Of a DNA stretch of 64,000 nucleotides, positions 10,113 to 23,699 are shown one piece after another (the stretch's first letter is position 1; every line of letters starts with the position of its first letter). Under the pieces are notes generated by a model, which was not told the DNA's origin, did no database searches, and saw only the letters and a list, made by a program, of their open reading frames with translations. A program made the translations under genes and the position numbers. The DNA is from Phaeosaccion multiseriatum (taxonomy: Eukaryota; Protista; Ochrophyta, other classes). The DNA is taken from NCBI GenBank assembly GCA_965112735.1, contig OZ218950.1, positions 4,340,001-4,404,000 on the forward strand, written 5' to 3'.

Positions 10113-11634
10113 ATGGGTGCTGGAGCGGGGGGGTTATCCACGGCAGAAGAGGAGGGAGAGACGGAAGGCATGAAGGGGGAAGTAGCTGTGCCCGCAGCAG
10201 GCGCCAGCAGCGGAGGTGACGACGACGCGAAGAGAGTCGGCTGCGTCGCGGACTTCATGGAGTTTACGGGCTGTACGAGCGAGGAACAGGCATTGTTTTT
10301 CTTGACCGGTTGCGATTTCGATGTTCAGGCTGCCGTGTCCCTCTTCCTGGAGACGGGCGGACAGCAGCGGCAGCAGCCGCAGCCGCAGCAGCAGGACCAG
10401 CAGCAGCAACAACAGTCATCACAGGAGATGCAGGCGGGCTCAGGCAGTGGATGGTCCTCTGACCCTCGCCCTGACCCAGCCTCTTTCCCGGGTCAGGAAA
10501 GTGGGGATGCTTCTTCAACTCCTTGGGGGGCTTGGGGGGCTGAGGAGCAGGAGGAGGAGGAGATCCGGGCGCCTCGGCCAGCCTTCCAGGACACGCTGCT
10601 TGGGGCAGGGGGATTCGGTGGTGGGCTAGGGGGCATGGTGCGTTGTGGTGTGTTGTAGAGTGTGCCTTCACTTTGGACAGGTCCGCATCTCTCTGTGTCT
10701 TCCCCCCCTTGCCATTTGGCACTACCTCTTTCGCAAATCAGGGGTCAGGAGAGGAGGATGCAAGGGGGTGTCTGCTGTGAGCAGTATGGCGTTCGGATCC
10801 TTCCCTCCTTTCCTTCCAGGCTCTTCAATGTTGCGTTTTTTTGCCTCCCTGACTTCCTCCGCTCTTTCTTGCCCTTTATCCTACGGCCTCTCGTCTGTTG
10901 CCCCACCCACCCACCCGCCTGGGACGGATTCAAGCCTATACCGAATCAAAATTGGGCAAGCGGAGGAGGAGCAGGAGCAGGAGCAGGAGCGAGGGCGGCG
11001 GCGGGCCGTGCTTTGCAGGCCAAGAGTCGCGTTCGTACGCAGGCCAAGGAGGAGAAGGACCTGGGCATTGAGTGGATGTTCAAGCCCCCAGAGAAGCTCT
11101 CGCTCACGGAACCTTTTGACGCGGCGCGACAGAAGGCCAAGGAGGAGAACAAGTGGTTGATGGTGAATCTGCAGGACCATAAGGAGTTTAATAGCCACTT
11201 GCTCAACAGGGACGTCTGGGCTGACGAGACTATACAGCTCTTCATGAATGAGAACTTTGTGTTTTGGTGAGTGAGTGTTTGTGTGAGAGAGAGGGAGGCA
11301 GGTATACAGCTGCTTTTCATGAATGAGAATTTCTTGTCTTGGTGGGTGAGTGCAGTGTGAGAGAAAGGGAGACATTGAAGGAGGAAGAGAGAGGGAGGGA
11401 GGGGATAAGAGAGGTGGGGGAGGAGGGAGGGAGAGGGAGGGAGAGAGAGCGAGGGAACGAGAGCAAGAGGGTGACAGAGTTTGGGGGGCGGGCTGGGTGG
11501 ATGGGTGTGAGGAAGGGGAGAGAGGGAGGAACTGGGCTTTGGAGAGAAGGCCTGTACAGTCCGCTCCATTTCCGAGTGTGACGGGTGGGGATTTCTCTCT
11601 TCCCCTCTACAACAATTCCTTCGCCTTGTATTTG

Positions 11635-11667
<33 letters not shown>

Positions 11668-12762
11668 TGCACGCGCGCCCACGCAGGCAAAGGGAGAAGG
11701 GGACGATAGACGGCAAGTTCTTCATTAATCGATACCACCCCGACCTCAGCAAGCTGCCCATGATTATCATACTGGACAAGACTGGCATGAACATCCTCCA
11801 GGTGGGTGAGGGGAGTAGGAAGGATGGGTGATCGATGAAAGGAAACAAGAAGGAGAAGAAGGAGGAAGAAAGAGGCGAAGAGAAACGGGGGTAGATGGTG
11901 CGGTGCTAGCTACTCATCTCTCTCTCTCTATCTCTCTCCTCTGTTCTCACGCCTACTCGCTTGCGCTGACTCACCGTGATTGATGGATTGGTGCTCCCCC
12001 ACCCCCTCCGCCTCCTGTGGTCCTCGCCTCTCGACCGACCCAACCCACCCACCAACCAACCAACCAACCAACCCACCCACCAACCAACCAATGCTTTAGG
12101 TGGAAGGATACGTCAAGGCGTCAGACCTGCTCACCGTGCTCGTTGAGTTCATGGAGAGCAATCACCTCAAGCAGCGGGTGCGGCACCAGCATCAGAGGAA
12201 GATTAGCATCGGAAGCAGTCACGACAGGCAGTACGGGTCGGACTCAGAAGAGAAGAAGGACCCTGCGACTCCCGAAGGGAGCAGTAGCAGTGGTGGTGAT
12301 GGTGGTAGTGGTGGTGGTAGTGGTGGTGGTGGTGGTGGTATGGCGAATAGTGGCACGACGGCAGCAGGCGCTCAACAGCAGCAGGGGCAGGCGGAACGCA
12401 CACGTGAGGATAGTGCTGCTGTATCACCAACTGCTGCTGCTGATGATGATGATGATGATGATGACGATGACGATGATGACGGTAGCGAGGATTATGTGTA
12501 TGAGAGCGACGGAGAGGATGACGGGCAGTACGAGGACGACCAGGACGAGTACGAACAGCAGGAGGAGGGGCGAGGGCAGGAGGGGAGGGCAGCGACGCCA
12601 GAAAAGACTAGTAGCATCCCTGTTGTTCCTGCCGCATCAGTGAAGAAGAGGAAGGAGACTGCCTCTCCGGTCGCCACTCGTAGCACTGGCGGCAGCGGCC
12701 CTCTTCCATCTCCGCCGCCCACCGCAATGGGGACGTCACCTCCGCCCCCCCCCGTAGCACCA

Positions 12763-12795
<33 letters not shown>

Positions 12796-13224
12796 GTAGT
12801 AGTAGTAGGTGACACAACATCAGCATCGGGGACAGGAGGAGGAGGAGGAGGAGGAGGACCAGGGGAAGCGGAGGGGGGAGGGATGCTCTTTGGTGTGCCT
12901 CCCGAGCCCCCTCAGGGCGTTCAAGGTTGCACCCGTCTGCAGCTGCGTCTGGCCAATGGAAAGTCGCTGACCAGGCGTTTTGAACTCACCGATCAGGTAG
13001 GCAGGGGGAGGGAGGGGGGTGCGTTTATTGGCTTGGGGTTCGGTGGCGGTTTGTTTTGCTTCTGGAGTGGGTGTGTGTGAGTGAGAACTGATACTTCTCT
13101 TCTTGTTTGATCTCTCGCGAACAGCAAAGGACGTTTGGCCCATTCGCATATTAACATGGACGCCTAATCTTCATGGAGAGGAAAGGATGGACAGGGGGGG
13201 TACACGAACTTCATCCATGGCCTC

Positions 13225-13261
<37 letters not shown>

Positions 13262-13550
13262 TCTATCGGCGTCGGTCTTGGTGTCCATCCTATCTCCGTG
13301 TTGTGTTGTCTTGCTGTCCACCTATCTTGCCTGGCCTCAGGTGGGTGTGCTGGGCGAAGTGGCGAGGCGGGCTGTGGAGGAGGAGGACGCGTCGAACATC
13401 GGCAAGGCCTTCGAGCTCTTCACAACGTCCAACTCCATACCTCCGAGGAGGATGAGCTTGAGCGACTTGGACCCAGCGACGAGCCTGCAGGACTCCGATC
13501 TGCGTAACACCACTGTCACTATGAAGTGGACGGAGGACGAGCCGGTTTGA
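10113..13550 (+). CDS. UBA-like + UAS (thioredoxin-like) + UBX domain protein (UBXN7/Ubx5/PUX7-like p97/Cdc48 cofactor)
   Basis: VADFMEFTGCTSEEQALFFLTGCDFDVQAAVSLFLE (UBA-like); MFKPP..FDAARQKAKEENKWLMVNLQDHKEFNSHLLNRDVW (UAS); TRLQLRLANGKSLTRRF...TSLQDSDLRNTTV (UBX). Confidence 0.88.
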
Positions 13551-13826
13551 GGAGGACGGAGGAGGAGGAAGGGCAGGCAGACATGAGGGAGGAGAAGAAG
13601 AAGTGGGGCAGGCAGGCGGGAGGAGGCGACGGAGGTTGTCTCTCCTCCTCCTTCTGGCTCGAGTTAATAAAGTGTACCATTGCTGCTTAATCGCGAATCA
13701 ATTTATTTATTATTATTGTGCAGGCAAAAGGTCAAAAGGGAAGGAAAAAGAAGGCGAATTTGACTTTAGGTTATTGTATACCCCCCCCATGTTCGCCCAC
13801 TTGCGCTGCCCCTCTTGACAGCACAC

Positions 13827-16800
13827 ATGTGGGGGAGGGGTGGTGAGCGTAAGGCATGGGCGAGGCCTGTGGGGTGGCTACTGCTAGTCCTGCAGGCAGT
13901 GGTGGCCTTTGTGGCGGTGGGCTATGTGGTGTTCGAGCAGCAGCGGCAACAGTTGCAACACGAAGGCCCAGGCGATACGTTTTCCCAAGGCCTCTTCTCT
14001 CGGCAGCAAGGCGTGGTGGGGTGGGATGCACAAGGGGGGGAGAGCAGTAGGAGAAATCTAGAGAATGCAGACGCTGGGGCAGACTACTTTGCTCAGCAAA
14101 TCGCAGCAGCAGCAGCGAACGCTGGACCCAGTAACACAGGTACGGAGACGTACTCTGCGCCTCCCCAGCACAGTGACCACAGTGGGCCGGGAGGGGGACA
14201 CGGGATGGCGGGGAAGGAGAGCGCTGCGGCATTGGCGCACAAGGCACTCTTCCCGCTGAGTGCCTGGGACTATGCGGGTATTCTGTGTGCAACTCTGGGG
14301 CTGATGATCGCCGCAGGGGGGGGGATCGGCGGGGGAGGGATCTTGGTGCCCATCTATATTCTCGTGATGCGCTTCCAGCCCAAGTACGCCATTCCCCTGT
14401 CCAACATTACCATCTTCGGCGGGGCCATCACCAACACGGTCCTGAATCTTCCAAAACGGCACCCGGACGCCGACAGGCCTCTGGTGGATTGGGACCTTAT
14501 TTTGGTGATGGAGCCCCTCACCATTGGTGGGGCGTTAGTGGGAAGCTTTGTCAACAAGGTAAAGGTGTTAGAAATGCAATTAGATACTCTCCTCCTCTTG
14601 ATTGAAAGCTGTGTGCCCCTTCTAGGTAAAGTTCCTGTACCTGACCGACGCACCCTCCGCATGAATGGCTTCTGTCTATCCCTCACTACTGTCTTCCTTC
14701 CCCCACCCTCTGTCTGACAAGTGCAATGCGAGAACCTACCCATACTGTACTATCTGCGCACGTCACCATGTAAACTCCACCCCCCCCCCCCCCCTTTGTC
14801 TGCTGCGCCATGTGCGGCCATCTGTGTCATTACTTCCGTCCCTTTGGTCCAGGTTCTGCCGGAGTGGATTTTGGGCTTGTCTCTAGTGATACTCCTCACC
14901 GCCACGGCCAAGCGTACACTGGACAAGGGCCTCAAAGTGTATCGCAAAGAGACCAAGCAGCTCGCCATGGAGGTGTGTTGGGAAGAGTTGGTTAGGTAGC
15001 GCATCAGCACAGCCTCTAAAAGAGAGCGGGCACGTATGCATCTCCTCGTCTTCCCCCTTTCAGCACACCGCTCCCCCCGTCTTCTGCTGCTTCTTGCTCC
15101 GGCACACCTGCTGACTGACTGACTGGCCGACCGACTGGCTTGACTCGCCCACTCCACGTTCATCGCTCGCTCGCCCCCGCCTCCCCCATTAACTCGGTCT
15201 TCCACCTCTCTCTATCTCTCTCCCTCTCTCTCTATATATATATATTTATATGTATACATATCCTCTCCATCTCTCGCTCCCCTCCTACCCCTCTTCAGAG
15301 ACAACCCTCGAGCGAGCTAACCACTCTTCACGAGCACGAGCTGGAGGACCAGGACGGAGAGGAGGGAGAAGACTTGCTGGACAGCTCCGAGCGCAGTGTA
15401 GAGAAGGAGTACTCCTTCGAACTCAAACAGGTCGGTTCGGTCTTTGGTTCTGTCTATCTATCTGTCTATCTGTCTATCTGTCTGTCTGTCTGTCTGTCTA
15501 TCTGTCTGTCTATACTCGGGGGCTCTTGCTGGCGTGGGAGAGAGAAAGAGAGAAAGAGAGAGAGAGGAAGAGCAGCGAGACAAAGTCTCTCTCGCCCTGA
15601 CCCCTTCTCTACCCCATGCATGGCTGTGCCTGTTTTCTCTTTTACCTCCTTCCCCGCCCCCCAACCCAACCCCCCCGTCACTGGGCCCTACCCCACCGAC
15701 CGGGCACGCATTATCATCACGCATTATCATCAGGTTGTGGACGAGGAGAGAGACACTCCTCTTTTTAAGGTGGGGGTGTTGACGGGTGTGTTTATTGTGG
15801 TGCTGGTGGTCAACCTGTTGAAGGGAGGGGGTGCGTTCCCCTCCCCCGTGGGTATTGAGTGCGGCTCCATGGCTTTTTGGATGGCTTCTGTGTTCATTTT
15901 CGCGTGGGTGCTCTATGTGTCGTCAAAAGTGCGGCTATATTTGATCCAGAGGCACATTTTGAAAGAAAAGGTGAGTGAGAGAAGAGGGAGAGAAGGGAGA
16001 GAATGCAGTAGAGAGAGGGGAGGGGAGCGCGAGGCCGAGAGAGAGAGGGAGGGAGAGAAAGCGAGAGGGAGGGAGGGAGAGAGAGAGATCTGCAAGCAAG
16101 ATTGTTTGAAAAGGAAAGCGTATACGCCACAATGAAGAATGGATGGGGCTGTGTACGAGAGGAGACAAAAGAGGAGACGAGGCTTGCGAGGCAAGTGAAG
16201 GAAGGAATTTCATCCCATCCCCTCCCCTCCTCTCCCCTCCCCTGTCTGCCCCACACCACAGGTTGGATACAAATACGTTGAAGGGGACGTGCGATGGGAC
16301 GAACAAGCAACCCTCAAGTACCCAGGCATGTGCTTCTTTGCCGGCTTCTTTGCGGGTCTGTTTGGGGTGGGCGGAGGCATTGTCAAGGGCCCACTCATGC
16401 TGGAAATGGGGGTCCACCCAAGCGTGGCCAGCGCCACCAGTGCCGTGATGATCCTCTACACGAGCTTCACAGCCACGACGTCCTTCCTCGTGTTCGGGCT
16501 GGTCAAGGTGGACTACGCCTGCTTCATGTTCGTGGTGGGACTCTTGGCGACCTTCGTGGGACAGGTAAGGTGGAGCGTAGGGGAGGGGCACCTAGAGAGA
16601 GAGAGAGAGACACAGAGAGAGAGAGAGAAGAGAAAGGGATATATCGGAGAGGGAGATAGAGGGAGAGAGATTGCTGTCAACCACCGAACTCCCGGATCGA
16701 TGCTAACCACTGTCTTGGCATTCTCTTCCCTGCCCATCCCCCCCCCCCCCCCGCTGCCTTGGTGGCCTGTTCACGCCCGAAGGTGTTTGTGAACTACTTG

Positions 16801-16953
16801 GTGAAGAAGTACAAGCGCAGCAGCTTCATCATCGTGTCCATCGGGGCTGTGGTGGCGCTGTCGGCGGTGCTCATGGGTGTACAGAGCCTGCACCGGCTGC
16901 TCTACCCGCCCGAGGGCGTCGAGGAGGCAGGCTTTTGCAGCGCAGGAGAGTAA
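13827..16953 (+). CDS. TauE/SafE (TSUP, sulfite exporter) family membrane transporter
   Basis: AAGGGIGGGGILVPIY..KYAIPLSNITIFGG..RPLVDWDLILVMEPLTIGGALVG, and a second repeat FAGLFGVGGGIVKGPLMLEMGVHPSVASATSAVMILYTS. Confidence 0.92.
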
Positions 16954-17166
16954 AATAAAGTAGGACCCACTGTTTAATTAAACAAAAAGCAAAAGTGTGC
17001 TGCTTTTTATTTTAAATTTTTGAGAGAGAAAGGACAAGAACAAAGAAAAGAAGAAAAGAGACGAAAAAGGAAAAAAAAAAATGGAACGTAATCACAGGTA
17101 GGCGCGTTGGTCCTTCGGCCGATTGACACGTTCGGTCACTGACGAGATTATTACATAAATAACGCA

Positions 17167-20100
17167 ATGAATTCCCAACACCTGCTATCGCTGTGTAGTG
17201 TGCTGCTGCTAGTGGGGCGAGTGAATGCCTTTCTGACCGCAGGAGCAGTAGGAGGAAGCGGAAGAGGAACGACAGCGCCTCATGGTCAGGGGAGGCGCGG
17301 CCTCCGGATGAGTGCCGCTCCGGAGGTAGGACATGAGCAGGCCGATCACTGTCGCTGTAGGGAGGGTCTTTCTTTCTTCGTCAGGAAGGCGGAATGAGTC
17401 CCTTCCATGTTGGCTGTATACTCTTTTGAGGCTTGTACTCATCCCTTGACCCCTCCCTCTCCTTGCGTGGTCTCGGTCGCAGAAGGCGCAGCCTCCCTGT
17501 GGCCTCGACTTGGATACCCTCTGCACCAAGCTTAAGATGGAGGTGAGGGTGATAGAGAAGTGAGGAGGCAGAGGTGGATAGAAAGGCGTCTGTTGTAGGC
17601 TTTCTGTTATTGAGGCACGCCCCCCTCTGTTACACCAGGTCACAGACCTTGATTCCGCCACGATGGGCATCGACAGTCGGGACCCAGACTATGGGGTAGA
17701 GATCATCAAGACGCAGCTGATGGCGAAGGAGGGAGAGTCACTCGGACTCATCCTTGTGGAGGCTGCACAAGGGGTGAGTGAATGAGTACCGAGCGGAAAA
17801 GCCGAAGCGTTCAAAGAGAGATATCCCATCCGTGTGTAAAACTATGGGCTCAAGGGCGGACCGTATTCATGTGGGTGCTGCTGCTCTGCTGCTGCTGCAC
17901 ACAGAACGACGGGCGGGGCTTGGTCTTGATCGACGGCTGTGCGGAGGGATCTCCCGCTGAGAAGAGCGGCGCCTTCCTCCCGGGCGACTTTCTCACTTTC
18001 TGCGGTATTGAGCCCCCTGCAGGTGAGTACGTCGGTCGCTCGATCCTCTGTTCTCAGTCCTCAGTGGTTTTGGATGGATCTTATCCCTTTTTCTACTGGA
18101 GACATGTTGAATCCATTGGCCTCGTGTGTCCATGCCTGATACCGCAATCATCTTTCTTGAATCGAGACTCAGACCCTTCGACCCCCCTGCTCATGCCTGA
18201 TACCGCAATCATCTTTCTTGAATCGAGACTCAGACCCTTCGAGCCCCCTGCTCATGCCTGATACCGCAATCATCTTTCTTGAATCGAGACTCAGACCCTT
18301 CGAGCCCCCTGCTCATGCCTGATACCGCAATCATCTTTCTTGAATCGAGACTCAGACCCTTCGACCCCCCTGCTCATGCCTGATACCGCAATCATCTTTC
18401 TTGAATCGAGACTCAGACCCTTCGACCCCCCTGCTCATGCCTGATACCGCAATCATCTTTCTTGAATCGAGACTCAGACCCTTCGACCCCCCTGCTCATG
18501 CCTGATACCGCAATCATCTTTCTTGAATCGAGACTCAGACCCTTCGACCCCCCTGCTCATGCCTGATACCGCAATCATCTTTCTTGAATCGAGACTCAGA
18601 CCCTTCGACCCCCCTGCTCGTGCCTTACCTCCAGGGGCGATGACTCGTGTTGAGGGCTTTGATTTCGACCAAACGGTGAAATGCCTTATGGAGTGCGATC
18701 GGGTGCAGGTGGAGGCAGGGGAAGGTGAGGAGGAGGAGTGAAGCTTGGAGATGCTGCGGGTCGGAGCAGACGAGCGCACCCCCTTTCCTTGCCGGGCCGC
18801 CGACCAACAATCCTTATTAGTGGGTGTGCTGCCGGAATGATGCCAGCCAGCAAGGGTGGTTGGTGTGTTGTACATGCACTCCGACAGACGGGAGGAATGC
18901 GACATGTGTGGGGCTGATCTCGCAGCTAAGTTGTGAGGAATGGGTACTGAATGCACGTTTCTCTCTCTCTCTCCTCTCTCTCTTCCTCTCTCTCCCTATT
19001 CCTCCTCTCTCCGTCTCTCTGCATGGTGAGAGCAGGGGTCAACATGCAGGGGCTCACCATCGTCTCAAAGAGACTGGTGAAGCGGCAACCCGTTGCCGTT
19101 ACCTTCGAAATGCCCAACATGGCGGAGCAGAAATCTGCGGACGGACGCACTACGAAGTGGTCAGAGAGCTCAACGATTGAGATGCTGTCGGGCTCTAACT
19201 TACGTAAGGAGATGATTCGAAGGTGAGCACCAGAGAAGGAGACATCACTCGCTGCCCCCGGTTACCCAAGCAACTCCATCTGGGCGGGCTAGTAAGGCTT
19301 GGTTGCGTCAGCGCTCGCCCAGACCGGCGCCAGTCTGGAGAGTGCGGTGCCTGGAAGAAGGCAATCTCACTCGTATGTGTACGTCCGTTTGCGGTGTTGC
19401 TTTGCCTTTGCTTTGGTTTCGTGTTTGTTTGGTTCGGCGGTGGTGGCGACTCATGATGTGACCACACACACACAGGGAAGTGCCTGTGTACGACGAGAGT
19501 ACGAGGCGCTTCGATCAGCCCTATGCCACCGGCAACTGTGGAGGGGAGAGCACGTGCGGTAAGTATGATGGGTTATGAATGAAGTCTTCATCGTGTGACA
19601 TCGTGGGTATGTGCAGCGACAGCAGGGGATTTGAGTATTTGCAGAGCTTGCTTGCCGTCGGGGGTACTGCAAAGCGTTCGGTTACGCTGCATCTCTCTTG
19701 ACTTGCCTCCAGAGCGAGAGGGGGCGGGGAGCGGCACATACCTCCCCCACTAACGTGCATCGACAACACCTCAGCCGTCGTACGGAGAGGCGCAACCCCA
19801 CTTCGACACCCTCCACCCGTGCCCAACGCTCTTTGCTCTCCCACCCGCCCACCCACCCACCCACCCACCCACCCACCCACCCTACCAAATCCTCCACTCA
19901 CTTCCCCCGACCCCACACTCACGCGCACGCACACGCACACGCACACCCACACCCACACCCACGCACGCACGCACGCACGCACGCACGCACACCCCCACGT
20001 AACGCAACACACACTGTGTTGCGTTCTTTCCTTCTCTCTTTTCTTCTCCACACCACACAGGCACCTGTTTCGTCGAGGTGCTAGAGGGAGAAGAGCACCT

Positions 20101-20281
20101 CACCCCTCCCGATAGACTCGAGCAGATGCTGCTCAAGGGCTTCCCTCGACGCTGGCGACTGAGCTGTGTGGCCATTGTGGGTAAGGACAATGCCCCCGAT
20201 GCCAAGGTGCGGCTCAGGGCACAGCCGCAGAGTGCCTACCAGGCCGAGAAGAAGAGGCGCAACTCGGAGCTTGTAAGGTAG
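17167..20281 (+). CDS. Plastid-targeted PDZ-domain + 2Fe-2S ferredoxin protein
   Basis: Signal peptide ..VGRVNA-FL; PDZ-like GLVLIDGCAEGSPAEKSGAFLPGD; GSNLRKEM; spliced NCGGESTC|GTCFVEVLEGEEHLTP...WRLSC (Cx5Cx2C...C). Confidence 0.75.
18131..18618. repeat. Intronic minisatellite, 8 x 61 bp
   Basis: Unit CATGCCTGATACCGCAATCATCTTTCTTGAATCGAGACTCAGACCCTTCGA(C/G)CCCCCTGCT starts at 18131, 18192, 18253, 18314, 18375, 18436, 18497 and 18558. There are no spacers. Confidence 0.97.
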
Positions 20282-20623
20282 GGGGAGGCGGGACCCACAC
20301 ACAAGAGGTGTAAGCAACTACGTTACGCTTTGTACTACTCCGAGCTAGCTTGGATGGATGGCTTGGACGGGAGAGGAGGAAGGGCCGGTTTTTGGCGCCC
20401 TAGGAGAGCCGGAGCACACCACCGAGAATCGCGAGTGTTTTGGACTGGGCTTGGTTGAGCCTGGTTGGGGAGAGGGAGAGGGAGAGGGAGGGGAGGGGGG
20501 GGGGGGGGAGGTAGAGGCTGTGTAGTCTAGTGGCGTGGCCACCTTCAGCACACACACACACACACACACTGACGCACACACGCACGTAACACAGCACACG
20601 CACACAAACACACATACACACAA

Positions 20624-20680
<57 letters not shown>

Positions 20681-21636
20681 TGTGTGTGCAAAGCGTGGAG
20701 CGAGGAGATGTCCCTCGGAAGAGAGAGATAGGCATATGGGCATGTACATAATTGTTCAGCTCACGGGCAGGGCGGGTGGGTGAGTCCCCACCAAGACTCT
20801 ATTCGGTGGTGCAGCGATGAGCGTTAATTGACACCTACGTGGGCACACCAACTATTTGTAGCTGTAGTACAATAGAGGAGGCGCGTTGGAATACGAGAGA
20901 TAGAGATTTTTTTCTCATGTTGTACCCAAGTCCATGGTCCGTCTTACAATTTTGCATTAAAGTACGCTAAGACGATGGGGCGGGATGAAAGAAGATTATA
21001 TATTCCCTTCCTTCCCTGCCCTGCCTTACCCTTCTCTTCCGGCAAGTTCCTCTTCGCCTTGCTCTACTTTGACCCGTGCCCCACCCATGCTCTGGCGCGA
21101 AGTAGGAGAAGAGCTCGGCCTGCCAGTGCTGTCCACCGTGTCATGCCCCACATCGGCGCGGGGATGAAAACACCACCCCTGCCCGCCTCTCACACCACAA
21201 GGGGGGGGGGGGCATGGCCAGCAGCCAAACAGTGTTTTCTGTCTCTCCCTGGTGGTCCCGGGCGAGGCATTGAGGTCGTGGAATCACACTGCCCTGAGTC
21301 CAGTACTTGAAAGGGCGGGGCTCTCATGTACATGGGTAGCCTCTGTCCTCCAGAGATAAAAGACAATCTTTCGGGGGCGGGCGATACACATGAGAGGTAT
21401 GTACCTCCCGCACTTCACACCCCTGGTGGCTGACTGTCAAGCCACGCCTGTCGACGCTCCTCCTTCCCCGCTTGCTCACTCTGCCCGCCCGGTGTCAGTC
21501 CTTCCCATCGCAAGCTACACTCCCGAAGGAGGAGAGGGGGGATGCACCCAACTCGACCTTGACACGGCGACCTTGGCAGGCCAGAACGAGGTACCATATA
21601 CCCATATACCTGTTCTTAGATACCCAGGACTCTTGC

Positions 21637-23653
21637 TTATTGCTGGGGAGTCAGGCGCACTCTCGGCCTGGCGGTGGTCTTGGGGTGGAGGATTCTGCAA
21701 GCCGTATCGACAGCAAGATGGAAGGAGAGAGAGAGAGAGATGCCGAGAGAGTGGGGGAGAGGTTAAGAGAGGGAGGGATGGAGGGAGAGAGAGAGCGAGA
21801 GAGAGAGAGAGAGCACGCAAGGGGGGGACGAAGGGGCAAGGGAATCACGGATGAGCAGCAATGACTTGAGACCACAGGCGAGGGTGGGGAGCGAAGGAAG
21901 CCAAGGAAAGGGAGCGAGTTACGACCCTTGTCGGGCGGTGGGATCAATAAAGTACGTTAAGGGAAGAGGGAGAGAGAGAGAGAGAGAGGATCGAGGCCAC
22001 GTTCCCACACACACCCGAGGCCGAATCTGGAGTAGTCCAAGGCGGGGACGGGGTGAAGTTGGTCCTCCGCCACTGGCCCTACGAAGGTGATGTCGAAGGA
22101 GAGGAGCATGTGCGCCACATAGAACTTGGCCTCGGAGGCAGCGAACTTGCGCCCTGCGAGTAATGTACGTCGTGTACATGCATGAAGAGAGAAGAGCGAC
22201 AGGGGAGTGAGTGAGTGAGTGAGTGAGTGAGTGAGTGAGTGAGTGAGTGAGGGGAAGCGCGGGGAGGGAGGGCTTCCATTCCTCCCTCATTGACGTTGGA
22301 TGCAAGGGTAGCGTAGCCACAGGGCGGCGGCTCCGGGGGGGGGGGGGGGGCAGGAATTATCAAGCGCCACAGCCATCACACCAACACAAGACAAGCCAAG
22401 CCGAGCAGGCGGCATAAACATGTTGTAAGTGGTAAGCGAAATGAAACTGAAACTAAAAACTGGATTTGAAACTGGCCCGTGGCCCTTACTCCGCGTAGCG
22501 TACCTGGGCAGTACGTATAGCCACTGCCGAATGCCAGCATGGGCTTGGACAGACGCTTCCCCTTGGCGTAGAAGGTCGCCGCTTTGCCGTCTTGGTCTGG
22601 CATGTAGCGATCCCACCTTGGAGCGGCAGAGGCAGAGCAAGGGGCAGCAGGGGGGGCAAGCAGAGGGAGCAGCACCGTAAGGGGGTTAGGTAGATGGGTA
22701 GGTGGGTAGGTGGGTGGGTGGGTCAGAAAGGGCAGCCAGGGGTGTGTGGGAGTGGCAGCCCACAGACAGGGGGGAGGAGGGTGTGAGACAGAGAGTGCGT
22801 GAGCGAGCCTCAGTCACTTCTCAACAATCCCCGTCCCGCCTCCCCATACAAACTCACTCCTACCCTCCCTCCCTACCTCTCTCTTCCCCTCCTTCCCTCT
22901 TTCTCTCTCTTTCTACAGTAACAAAACATCCTCCTCTTCCCTTTTCTCTCGGCTTATCGTACCGAAACGTCAGAGGCTCGTCAAAGATGTCACTGTCGTA
23001 GTGCACCGCATGAAACATGGCCATGACGCTATCTCCCTTGCGAATCTTGTACGAGCGGCCGGAAGACTCGAAGGAGAGCGAGGTGTCCTCAGTCGCCTCC
23101 CTCACCCCCATGGACGCGGCGGAGAAGCGGCAAGCCTCGAGAAAGCAACTGTTGAGCTGTGGAGAGGGACGGACAGGCCGCCACCGCGGGGCGGAGGTCA
23201 CAGATGGGTGGGAAGAAGGAGGAGGAAGAAGAGGAGGAGGAAGGGGATACACAAGACGGCCAGTTACTAACAAATGTGTAGTGGTCGTCGATGACAGCAG
23301 ACAGTTAATACGCAAACACCATAGGATAGCCCGCCTCACTCTCAATCTTGCGTCCCAGTAGTCTCCATTCCACCGCCCCCGAAGGGTTAGCGGCACAGAA
23401 TGCCTCTTTCGTTTCAAACCTTCTCTCTCTTGGCGTCTTCCTCGTGTGGCTTGCCTGGCCTGGCCTGGCATGGCCTGGCTTGGCCTGACCTTAGCCTACG
23501 CAGCCTGCAACCTTGGCCTTCCCGTCTCCCCCTACCATGACTTGATTGAACCTTCCTTACCTTGTGCATCTTAGAGAGCTTCTCCAGTGAGAGACGCGAC
23601 GCATCGACGCGTACTGATGACTCTGACTCGCGCACGCTGCCCTCGCCTCGCCC

Positions 23654-23699
<46 letters not shown>

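Noticed and set aside
18131-18618. 61-bp array as a CRISPR array or Fanzor guide array
   Set aside because: The units are contiguous and near-identical with no variable spacers. The array is intronic and shows no resemblance to the Fanzor 3' hairpins.
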